DNA of 64,000 bases. Origin: a virus (Duplodnaviria; Caudoviricetes). The notes under the pieces were generated by a model, which saw only the letters and a list, made by a program, of their open reading frames with translations, made no database searches and was not told where the DNA came from. The stretch spans positions 160,001-224,000 of IMG/VR virus record IMGVR_UViG_3300013121_000005, one strand, 5' to 3'. The translations under genes and the position numbers were made by a program. Each line of letters starts with the position of its first letter. The stretch's first letter is position 1. This document shows positions 55,735-63,980 of this stretch, one piece after another.

Positions 55735-58077
55735 ATGAGCGTTCCCATCTGCTGCGGTTTTTGTAAGCGTCCTCGAAACGAGGTGAAGAACCTCATTGCG
55801 GCAAACCCCGATGATGGGCCTTTCATCTGTAACCGGTGCATCGAGACGGCTTTTAAGGAGCTAGAAGCTGGCGCTAAGCGAGTAGAAGGGCTTGGGCAGA
55901 AAAAGGAAGAGCCCCAACTCCGTGCTCCGAAAGAAATCAAGGCGTACCTCGATGATTTCGTGATCGGTCAGGACAAGGCCAAGCGAGCGATTGCGACAGC
56001 GGTTTACAATCACTTCAAGCGCCGAAAGTTGAAGGACGCAAAGCCGGAGATCGAAGTCAACGGCAAGAGAGAAGAGGTGGAGGTAGACAAGGCGAACATC
56101 CTTCTCCTTGGTCCCTCAGGTTGTCATCGTAAAGGCCAGCTTGTCCTGATGTACGATGGTACCTTCAAGGCTGTTGAAGATATCCAGATCGGCGACCTTC
56201 TCATGGGGCCGGACAGTACGCCCCGATCGGTGCTGGAGCTGCACCGGGGCGTGGAGAACATGGTCGAGGTCATCCCATTCAAAGGAGAACCGTGGGTGGT
56301 TAACGAGGGGCACATTCTCACGATTGTCCGGACAGCCTACAACGGGGGTTCCGGGTACCGCTCCGTCAACGAAGTTAAGGATGTGGCTTTGCGTGAATAC
56401 CTTGCTTGGTCCCGTACGCAGAAGGCTTGCCACAAGCTCTTCCGTGTTCCGGTAGACTTCAAGCCTATCGGGCCATTGCCGCTCGATCCGTACTTCCTTG
56501 GAGTGCTCCTCGGGGACGGCTCTCTTGCCGTATCTCCTCGTGTGACGACGGAAGACCCTGAGATTCTTCGTGAGTTGGAAGACCAGGCAAGTCGATTTGA
56601 ACTTCAAGTGGTGAAGTACCAATACGACGCAAACAAGTGCCCTTCCTACGCCCTCACCTCTGGTAAGCGTGGCGGGAGTGCAGGCGAGGATCGGGTGAAC
56701 CCCATTGCGATGCGCCTGGCTCAGCTCGACTTGCTCAATGTGGTCGGAGAGGAGAAGTTCATCCCCCACGTCTACAAAACAGCCTCACGCGAACACCGTT
56801 TGGCGATTATGGCAGGGCTCCTCGATACAGACGGGTCCTTAGATGAGGCGGGGGTGGGTTTCGACTTCGTGAACAAGTCAAAGCAGCTCGTTGAAGACCT
56901 GGCCTTTATCGCACGTAGTCTTGGTTTCGCTGCGTATCCCCAAGCATGCAAGAAAGGGTGCCAGACCGGCGCCGAGGGCATGTACTACCGGATGTTCATC
57001 TCGGGTGACGTATCGAAGATCCCAGTACGCATTCCTCGAAAGAAGGCTCCTGTCCGGGAATCTTCTAAGGATGTTCTTCGGACGGGATTTAAGACTCGCC
57101 CACTGCCCCCCGAGGAGTATTTTGGATTCGTTCTCGACAGGGATCATCGTTACCTACTCGATGACTTTACGGTGACCCACAACACAGGTAAGACCCACAT
57201 TGCCCGTACGATCGCTCGCTTGCTGAATGTGCCCTTTTTCATCGGGGATGCAACTCGATTGACTCAGGCAGGGTACGTAGGGGATGACGTAGAAACCCTT
57301 CTTCAAGGTCTTGTGCAAAACGCAGGGGGGGACGTGGAGCGCGCCCAATGGGGCATCGTGTTCCTCGATGAGGTAGACAAGATCGCTCGCTCAGGGGGTC
57401 GCGATCGGGCAGGGTACCGAGACGTGACAGGTGAGGGAGTCCAACAGTCTCTCCTAAAGCTCCTCGAAGGTTCGAGGGTCAATGTCCCACGGGCCGGTAA
57501 GGCTGGGATGATGACTGCTTACGATGCAGTGGACACCACAAACATCCTCTTTATCTGCGCTGGTTCTTTCGCTGGGATTGAGCCAATCGTAGAAAAGCGA
57601 GTCAACAGCAAGGCTTCTCTTGGTTTCGGCTCGGCCTCTAGGGAGAAGTTCGACCCTACACAGACGTACTTGTCAGTGACCCCAGATGACTTGTTGAACT
57701 TCGGGATCATTCCTGAAATGCTTGGGCGCCTTCAAGTGGTTACCACTACGGTGGAGTTGGGGGAGGATGACCTGGTACGTGTGCTTCTTGAGCCTCGAAA
57801 CAGCATTGTCAAGCAATTTCAAGCGCTTTTCCAGCAGGATGGGATCTCTTTGGATTTTGAACCCGATGCGCTCCGAGCCGTAGCCAGGGCAGCGAAGAAA
57901 CGGAACACAGGAGCTAGGGCTCTACGGTCCATTGTAGAGGCAGCCCTGGAACAGCTCATGTTCGAGTTACCAGGAGACAAGCGAGTCCGACGAGTGTTGG
58001 TAACAGAGCAGACCATCGATACTGGAGTGGCTGTTTTGACCATGGCGGAGGAAGCTGAACATAGCCAAGAGGCATGA
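55735..58077 (+). CDS. clpX: ClpX AAA+ unfoldase with intein
   Basis: C4 zinc domain CGFC...ICNRC, VIGQDKAK, AVYNHFKR, KANILLLGPSG|TGKT, LTQAGYVGDDVE, DEVDK, RDVTGEGVQQ, LGF loop, TGARALRS. Confidence 0.93.
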   Translation: MSVPICCGFCKRPRNEVKNLIAANPDDGPFICNRCIETAFKELEAGAKRVEGLGQKKEEPQLRAPKEIKAYLDDFVIGQDKAKRAIATAVYNHFKRRKLKDAKPEIEVNGKREEVEVDKANILLLGPSGCHRKGQLVLMYDGTFKAVEDIQIGDLLMGPDSTPRSVLELHRGVENMVEVIPFKGEPWVVNEGHILTIVRTAYNGGSGYRSVNEVKDVALREYLAWSRTQKACHKLFRVPVDFKPIGPLPLDPYFLGVLLGDGSLAVSPRVTTEDPEILRELEDQASRFELQVVKYQYDANKCPSYALTSGKRGGSAGEDRVNPIAMRLAQLDLLNVVGEEKFIPHVYKTASREHRLAIMAGLLDTDGSLDEAGVGFDFVNKSKQLVEDLAFIARSLGFAAYPQACKKGCQTGAEGMYYRMFISGDVSKIPVRIPRKKAPVRESSKDVLRTGFKTRPLPPEEYFGFVLDRDHRYLLDDFTVTHNTGKTHIARTIARLLNVPFFIGDATRLTQAGYVGDDVETLLQGLVQNAGGDVERAQWGIVFLDEVDKIARSGGRDRAGYRDVTGEGVQQSLLKLLEGSRVNVPRAGKAGMMTAYDAVDTTNILFICAGSFAGIEPIVEKRVNSKASLGFGSASREKFDPTQTYLSVTPDDLLNFGIIPEMLGRLQVVTTTVELGEDDLVRVLLEPRNSIVKQFQALFQQDGISLDFEPDALRAVARAAKKRNTGARALRSIVEAALEQLMFELPGDKRVRRVLVTEQTIDTGVAVLTMAEEAEHSQEA
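56122..57183 (+). mobile_element. Intein with LAGLIDADG endonuclease (354 aa) in the ClpX Walker A
   Basis: CHRKGQLVLMYDG...LMGPDSTPR N-terminus, FLGVLLGDG and MAGLLDTDG motifs. Ends FTVTHN followed by T. Confidence 0.93.
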
Positions 58078-58104
58078 TGATCTGTTGATGATGAAGGTCC
58101 TGTG

Positions 58105-59316
58105 ATGGACCTTCATCTTATCCGGAATATCATTGCTAGGTTTAGGATCTCCAAGTCTATGGGAGATCCTAAGGAATTGGTACACGAGTATGAGCAAATG
58201 CTCAACAAGTTTACCCTTCCGGAAGACCAGGTAGCTTCGGCCAAAGCTGTGATGCAAAGGCTGATTTCCAATGGGCTGGGACAAGCGCAAGGTATCACCG
58301 ACCCAGGGTTTGATGCTGCTCACACTACATCCCTGCTAGCTAGTGTGAAGATTGAGCGAGGTTGGCCCTACGTTTACGACCCTGGCAGCAAGCTGTTTCT
58401 GGCTCTACTACAGTCCTATACGTTACCTGCGCCGCTTCGGAAAAAGATTGAGATTGCGTCTCGGCTATACCTAAAGGGTATGCGCCCAAGGTACAAAGCA
58501 AAAAGGCCCGGCCCAGAAAGGGACCTGGAATACCTCCTCTCCTATGAGAAAGTCATGGGGGTATGGCGAGAGCACCTTGCTTACGCTAAAGAGGCCATTG
58601 CTAAGGGCAAAGAGCACGCAACGGAAGGCGAAGGGGCCACAAAGCTCAATGTAGGGCCGTTTACCGTTGTCAACACGGGAGGTTTCTCTGAAGAGCAGAT
58701 GGGCTCGGTTGTTGAGGTTGTCAGGAAGGCTCATAGCCTTTTGCAAAGCTCAGGCTTCAATGAAGTGTGTTACGGTGAAATTCAAGTCACCAACACAATT
58801 CACAAGGGGTCAGTCTGGGCTTTCTACATGGTCACTAAGGACGAGTTGTTTGTTCGAGCCAACCTCAAACCCACCGTCGACATAGTTCACAACGTCCTGC
58901 ATGAATTAGGGCATCGCTACGAGCACAAGTTCCTCAAGGGGGGTGAAGCCCCCCTTTGGAGGCTCTACCATACGATGGAGTCTCAAGAGAGAACAAGTCT
59001 TAAGGATGCCAAATTTCCTGACCCTGGTACAACCTTGGTAAACAAGGGTCGTACCTTCATTGTCACCCATACTACTGCGGACTTCCGTAATGGATACGTA
59101 GTCCACCTCAAGATGGAAGGTGGGACTGCGAAGGTACCCCTAAGCTCGTTTTGGGCTCTCAAAGGTGAGAATCTCAAGGACCCAAGTCTTGGGTTTGTTA
59201 CCCCTTACGCGAAAAAGAGCCCTAACGAGAACTTTGCGGAGATGTTTGCCTTCTATTGTATGGGCAAACTGTCAGGGTCGCAGAAGGAAGCCTTTGAGCA
59301 AGCTATTGCGAAGTAG
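58105..59316 (+). CDS. Zincin-like metallopeptidase (paralogue of 54733..55725)
   Basis: VLHELGHRYE and TPYAKKSPNENFAEMFA. N-terminal LIRNIIARF. Confidence 0.75.
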   Translation: MDLHLIRNIIARFRISKSMGDPKELVHEYEQMLNKFTLPEDQVASAKAVMQRLISNGLGQAQGITDPGFDAAHTTSLLASVKIERGWPYVYDPGSKLFLALLQSYTLPAPLRKKIEIASRLYLKGMRPRYKAKRPGPERDLEYLLSYEKVMGVWREHLAYAKEAIAKGKEHATEGEGATKLNVGPFTVVNTGGFSEEQMGSVVEVVRKAHSLLQSSGFNEVCYGEIQVTNTIHKGSVWAFYMVTKDELFVRANLKPTVDIVHNVLHELGHRYEHKFLKGGEAPLWRLYHTMESQERTSLKDAKFPDPGTTLVNKGRTFIVTHTTADFRNGYVVHLKMEGGTAKVPLSSFWALKGENLKDPSLGFVTPYAKKSPNENFAEMFAFYCMGKLSGSQKEAFEQAIAK

Positions 59317-59323
59317 AGGGTTA

Positions 59324-59336
59324 GATTCTTTTGATA
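59324..59336 (+). promoter_or_regulatory. GATTCTTTTGATA motif (candidate late promoter)
   Basis: An identical 13-mer occurs at 27078-27090. Both copies have a 16-nt spacer to an ATG. Confidence 0.55.
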
Positions 59337-59352
59337 GGGAGGTCTGAGAGAG

Positions 59353-60678
59353 ATGCTGACTCCCAACCCCCCTCAAGTTGGTTCCAATCGAGAAACCTTT
59401 AAAGAGCGTTATGCTCGGTTGCTTCTCTCAATGTCTCTTCAGGAGGCCAAAGATATCCTAGGGTTCCCCCCTGGATACTCTCCGAGCCCTGACGAGATTG
59501 CCAAGGCTTATCGACGCAAGGCTTTGGAGAACCATCCGGATCGTGGGGGCAGTCACGAAAAGATGGTGGAGGTCAATGTCGCCAAGGACCTTCTGGAGGG
59601 TAAGGGGCGTGCAACTTGGACCCCTGAGCCTGCACCTCGTCGAGAGCGACCAAAGCCAACTCCAGTTGAATACGACGCAACCCTAAAAGGGGCCTCGTTT
59701 GAGGCCGCATGGGGTTCCGCAGGTGTCCCAGCCTCGGTAGAGTGGAAGTTTGTGAGCATCCCTGAGTGGTATTGGCCTAGCTCGAATCACCCAGGTCATC
59801 GAGTCTGGTGCCTCTATGGCCAGAACGAGCAGAAGCACGTCTTCCTTGCCTTCAAGGAGCGCGGAGAGAGTGCCGGGGGCGTCTGGCTGGATGACCAGGG
59901 GAAGCAGGCACCCCCTGGGACCGGCAAGTTCACGAAGATCGAGCAGGACTGGCAGTCGAGCCTCATCGAGATCCCGATCGCTCAGAACGTCGCCAAGATC
60001 GCGCCCAAGTACCTGAAAGAGGTTGGGACGGCGTGGGCGGATGGGGCCAAGCCGAAGCCCCCAAGGAAGTTTGTTGCGTGGCCCGGTGGTAAGCCAACAG
60101 AACAGATTATCAGCAAGATTCCCCGTTCAGGTGGAGCCGCTCTAAAGGACATCCTCGTGGGCACTGGCCTTCTGACGGACGAGGACCCCGCAGTGGCAGG
60201 CCGCAAGAGCGTGGTGGAAATCTTCACGAAGTACAGCAAAGAACGCTTCGAGCGGGCGAAGAAGTTGAAGGCCGAGGGTAAGCTCAAGGGGCTCAACAAT
60301 GCCCACCAGTACGACTTCTTCGTCCGGGTCAATGGGAAGACCGAGAAGCTCGAAGACGACACTATTTCCAAGATGGAGCGGTCCTTCATCCCATGGGTTC
60401 TAAGCTGGGAGATCAGCGAAGGGGCCCCGAAAAATCTCACCCGGATGCGAGGAGGTCGGCTCAAGTACGGCCCAGCAGACGCTATTCGGGAACTAGCTAA
60501 TTGCCTTACGACAGAACCCTCTTGGCTTCATATCGCTCTAGAGAAAGCTATCGAGGAGTATGAGGTCCCAGCTAAGGTGGCATACAGGGAACCTCTTCGA
60601 GCCTTTCATGACGCTCTGATCACCCGCAACGTGGTTGCGCGAGTTCTCTCGACCCGCAAGAGCAAGGTGAAGGTATAG
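59353..60678 (+). CDS. J-domain (DnaJ-type) protein
   Basis: EAKDILGF...EIAKAYRRKALENHPDRGGSHEKMVEVNVAKDLL with an intact HPD. C-terminal ALITRNVVARV. Confidence 0.85.
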   Translation: MLTPNPPQVGSNRETFKERYARLLLSMSLQEAKDILGFPPGYSPSPDEIAKAYRRKALENHPDRGGSHEKMVEVNVAKDLLEGKGRATWTPEPAPRRERPKPTPVEYDATLKGASFEAAWGSAGVPASVEWKFVSIPEWYWPSSNHPGHRVWCLYGQNEQKHVFLAFKERGESAGGVWLDDQGKQAPPGTGKFTKIEQDWQSSLIEIPIAQNVAKIAPKYLKEVGTAWADGAKPKPPRKFVAWPGGKPTEQIISKIPRSGGAALKDILVGTGLLTDEDPAVAGRKSVVEIFTKYSKERFERAKKLKAEGKLKGLNNAHQYDFFVRVNGKTEKLEDDTISKMERSFIPWVLSWEISEGAPKNLTRMRGGRLKYGPADAIRELANCLTTEPSWLHIALEKAIEEYEVPAKVAYREPLRAFHDALITRNVVARVLSTRKSKVKV

Positions 60679-60679
60679 G

Positions 60680-62101
60680 ATGGCTTCGCCAGTCAGGAGC
60701 AGAGATTTGCTTCGGGATTATGCCCGTACCTTAGTAGCTCTGGAGTTCTCAACCCCAGAGGCTCTTAAGGAGTACCTTCACGATCATCCGAAAGCTGACA
60801 AGAGCAAGCACACGGTCAAAAAGGATGAGGAAGGTCATCACGAAGAGGAGCCCAAGAAGAGTTGGAAGGAACGGCTCAAGGGTCTCAGTGAGAAAGCTTC
60901 GAGCCTTGTCCGAAATGCCCCCAAGGCAGTCAAGCAATTTATCGAGGATGATTCATTCCGTCGAAAGACGCTTATGGAGGCTCACAAAGCCCTAACTGAG
61001 GCGCCAGAGAAGATTGCGAAGAATGCCCTCAATACAGTCAAGCACGAAGTCAAAGAGTTCAAAGAGGCTGGACAAGGCATCGCCGCTGTGATGAGGGGGC
61101 AGAAGATGACCCCTCATCAAAAGAAAGCGCTTAAAACCGTAGCAACCCACATGGCAATTAGTGTTACTGCGGCGGCTTTGACGGCCTCAGGGCCTCTTGC
61201 TGCTGCGGGTATGGTGGGTAAGGGTCTCGTAAAACACACAGCTATGAAAGCTGTCTCCAATTTGCTTGGTCACACCCATATCCTCGAAGAGCTTGGGCAT
61301 ATTGGGCATGGCGTGAAGCACCTTATGGAGAAGCTTGCTGTAGAGGGTAAAGAGGCTGATCCAGAGGAAGTCCTTGGCAACCTTGTGCTAGCTGCTGTCG
61401 CCAAGGAACTTAAGGGTCTCAGTGACGAGGACATCAAGAAAGCTCTAGAGGGTGTGGAGGAGAAGACCATGGAGGAGAAGAGTATGGAGAAGAGTATGGA
61501 GAAGAAGGCTTCTCCTCTTCAAGAGTTCAAGGATGCTCTGATTGTCCGAAATGTCACAGCTCGATTCATGACTCGTGGGATGGAGCACCCATCGGAGGAA
61601 GCTAAGAAGAAGTACCTCCATGAGCACCCTGGGGCAGACCCCAAGAACCACAAGGTCAAGAAGAACCCAGATAGCACTGCTTCAAGTGGGATTGGCTCAG
61701 AGTCTACAAAGGCAGACTCTAGGTCGAAAGACCTTACAAAGAACCTCGACAGTATGAAGGCCCTCAAGCGCAAGGTAGACAATGCAGAGCCTTCCGCGAA
61801 GAAGAAGTTCGACCAAACCTACACCAAACTGTATGAGGGTGGGGAATCGTCAGCAAAAGCTGCTGAGAGGTTGGTCAAGAAGTTCGAGGATGATGACAGG
61901 AAAGATGTCCAAATCGCGGTTGAGCTTCTTTCAGACTCAGTGCGCCAATGGGAGCGTAACAAGTTTGATCACCATAAGCAGACTGCGGAGTTTACCCACA
62001 CCCACGAAAAACTTCGTCAAGCTGAACAAACCTTTGGCTACGCTATGAAGGTCAATGACTATATTGAGCTGCTTAACAAGACTCTCCAGGGAGATCGGTA
62101 A
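60680..62101 (+). CDS. Modular protein with two YLH(D/E)HP modules and an internal LIVRNVTARF tag
   Basis: Modules at 60743 and 61583. Hydrophobic Ala/Gly helix in the first half. Confidence 0.75.
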   Translation: MASPVRSRDLLRDYARTLVALEFSTPEALKEYLHDHPKADKSKHTVKKDEEGHHEEEPKKSWKERLKGLSEKASSLVRNAPKAVKQFIEDDSFRRKTLMEAHKALTEAPEKIAKNALNTVKHEVKEFKEAGQGIAAVMRGQKMTPHQKKALKTVATHMAISVTAAALTASGPLAAAGMVGKGLVKHTAMKAVSNLLGHTHILEELGHIGHGVKHLMEKLAVEGKEADPEEVLGNLVLAAVAKELKGLSDEDIKKALEGVEEKTMEEKSMEKSMEKKASPLQEFKDALIVRNVTARFMTRGMEHPSEEAKKKYLHEHPGADPKNHKVKKNPDSTASSGIGSESTKADSRSKDLTKNLDSMKALKRKVDNAEPSAKKKFDQTYTKLYEGGESSAKAAERLVKKFEDDDRKDVQIAVELLSDSVRQWERNKFDHHKQTAEFTHTHEKLRQAEQTFGYAMKVNDYIELLNKTLQGDR

Positions 62102-63717
62102 TGCCTGCTAAAGTCGATGAGTTGTTCAAGGAAGTCAAGAAAGACAACCCGTCGTACACAGATGAGCGGGCGTGGGCAACGGCTTGGTCGATCTACTGCA
62201 AGCATGTAGAGCCTGGATCAGACCATTGCTCTCGGCCTCCTAGCGAGTACTTGAAGGGCAAGAATGCGGCTGGGGCTTTTGCTAGGGCTTTGCTGGCTCG
62301 TGAGTTTGCAACTCCTGAAGCTCTGAAGGAGTACCTTCATGAGCACCCAAAGGCAGATAAGAGCAAGCACACTGTCAAAAAAGAGGAGGAGGGCAAAGGG
62401 GGTAAGAAAGAAGAGCCCAAAGCCCCAGCTAAGCCAAAAGGTCTCGATTTCGGAGACACCTCGAAGCTAGGTAAAGATGTTACCCAACCTGTCAAAGACC
62501 CTGATAAGCTGTTTGAAGAAGCTGCGAAAGCCCATGACCATCAGCTAGATTGGCTAAATCGAGGGAAAGGTCTTGACAAGGCGATTGGGGGCAAAGTCAT
62601 TCGTGCGGACAAGGGCGACACGATTGACTTTGATAAACCAGGGCCGATCATCCTCATTGGCCCGATGAAGAAGCAGGATCGTTCCAAAGAGAAGGTCGAA
62701 GCTGACTTTGGAGGGGACTGGTCTCGTCTGGGGGATATTGTCCGAGCGTCCGTGGCAGTAGACTCTTTCGATCAAGTGGAAGAGGTTCTAGCCCAACTAA
62801 AGAAGACTGGTTTGAAGCTCGCTCGTCAACCTAAGGATCGTTTTGACACTCCAACAAGCGCAGGTTACCGCGACGTAATGATCAATGTCGTGTACCCTAA
62901 TGGGCATGTGGGAGAGCTTCAACTCCACCTCAAGGGGGTCCTCAAGGCGAAGGATGCAGGGCACAAGTTCTACGAGGAAGTTCGCTCCATTGAGGGGAAG
63001 GCCAAGAAGGAAGGGCGAGATACCCTTACGGAGGAAGAACTCAAGGTCATCACGGAGGCTAACGACAAGATGAAAGCTCTCTACGATGAAGCTTGGGCTT
63101 CAGCTTCTAAGGCTAAGGGCAAGGGCAGCAAGGGTAGGAAAACCAAAGAAGCTGCATCCGGACCCACAAAGTATGACTACAATGGGCTACCTGCATATTG
63201 GGACAAAAATCGGTTCCCAATGGTCGTAACCCCTAAGGGCGAGAAGCCAATCTACGATATCGAGAAGTTCTTCCGAGAAGCAGATGAGGTTACGGAAGCG
63301 GAGTTCAAAGCTCTCAAAGATCGTAGTAAGCCAGAGAAGAAGTCCCCTGCTGGGAAGAAGAAGAGTGCAGTTATGAATGCCCTGATGGCTCGTAAAGTGG
63401 TGGCTCGGTTCTTGGCAGCGGATAGCCATAATCCAGACCCACTTTCTTTCAATGCTTTCCTTTCGGAGTTTAGGCAAGGAGAGAAGTCAGGCAAGGACTT
63501 GGCTTCAGCAGAAGATGCTGAAGCCAAGCTAGAGCTAGCTCAAGAGAAGGTATCTCAGGCTGCTACGGATCTACTTGAGCTTGCTCGACGCATCGACGCG
63601 ATTGCTCAACGAGGCCCTCTTGGGGTAAACGAAACGAAGCTCTCCGCTAAGTTGAGTGGAATCCTGTCTACACTCTTTTACCAGGCAGGAGTTGCTAAGG
63701 GACTTGGAAAGGCATGA
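62101..63717 (+). CDS. Multidomain protein: ChaB-like N-terminus, YLHEHP module, RelA/SpoT-like nucleotidyltransferase
   Basis: KKDNPSYTDERAWATAWSIY; KKQDRSKEK, LGDIVRAS, GYRDV, GELQLH, GHKFYE; LMARKVVARF. Confidence 0.75.
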   Translation: MPAKVDELFKEVKKDNPSYTDERAWATAWSIYCKHVEPGSDHCSRPPSEYLKGKNAAGAFARALLAREFATPEALKEYLHEHPKADKSKHTVKKEEEGKGGKKEEPKAPAKPKGLDFGDTSKLGKDVTQPVKDPDKLFEEAAKAHDHQLDWLNRGKGLDKAIGGKVIRADKGDTIDFDKPGPIILIGPMKKQDRSKEKVEADFGGDWSRLGDIVRASVAVDSFDQVEEVLAQLKKTGLKLARQPKDRFDTPTSAGYRDVMINVVYPNGHVGELQLHLKGVLKAKDAGHKFYEEVRSIEGKAKKEGRDTLTEEELKVITEANDKMKALYDEAWASASKAKGKGSKGRKTKEAASGPTKYDYNGLPAYWDKNRFPMVVTPKGEKPIYDIEKFFREADEVTEAEFKALKDRSKPEKKSPAGKKKSAVMNALMARKVVARFLAADSHNPDPLSFNAFLSEFRQGEKSGKDLASAEDAEAKLELAQEKVSQAATDLLELARRIDAIAQRGPLGVNETKLSAKLSGILSTLFYQAGVAKGLGKA

Positions 63718-63980
63718 GTCTTTCCCTCATCCGCCAAGTAGTTCGTCGGTTCATGGCGTTCAAGTACGAACCCAAGGAGACGAAGCAACACAAGGTAGAA
63801 AGGCTCTCCAAAGCTATTCGGGAAGAGACTGGAATTTCTCGGGGGCAAGCAGAAGCTATTGCTGATGCTTACATACGTGGACGAGAGATCGAACGATTAG
63901 CTATCCAGAAGGGTTGGCCCCTTGCGGATGGGATTGTGACCGGTCCTGATGGGGCGTTTGAACTGTCTAAGTCACTTTGA
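63714..63980 (+). CDS. Small protein with N-terminal LIRQVVRRF tag
   Basis: ATGA overlap with the previous stop. Confidence 0.7.
   Translation: MSLSLIRQVVRRFMAFKYEPKETKQHKVERLSKAIREETGISRGQAEAIADAYIRGREIERLAIQKGWPLADGIVTGPDGAFELSKSL

Noticed and set aside
202-63527. Numerous minus-strand and alternate-frame ORFs in the track
   Set aside because: They lie almost entirely within longer motif-bearing + strand genes, lack recognisable motifs, and cluster where GC3 is high. They are shadow ORFs.
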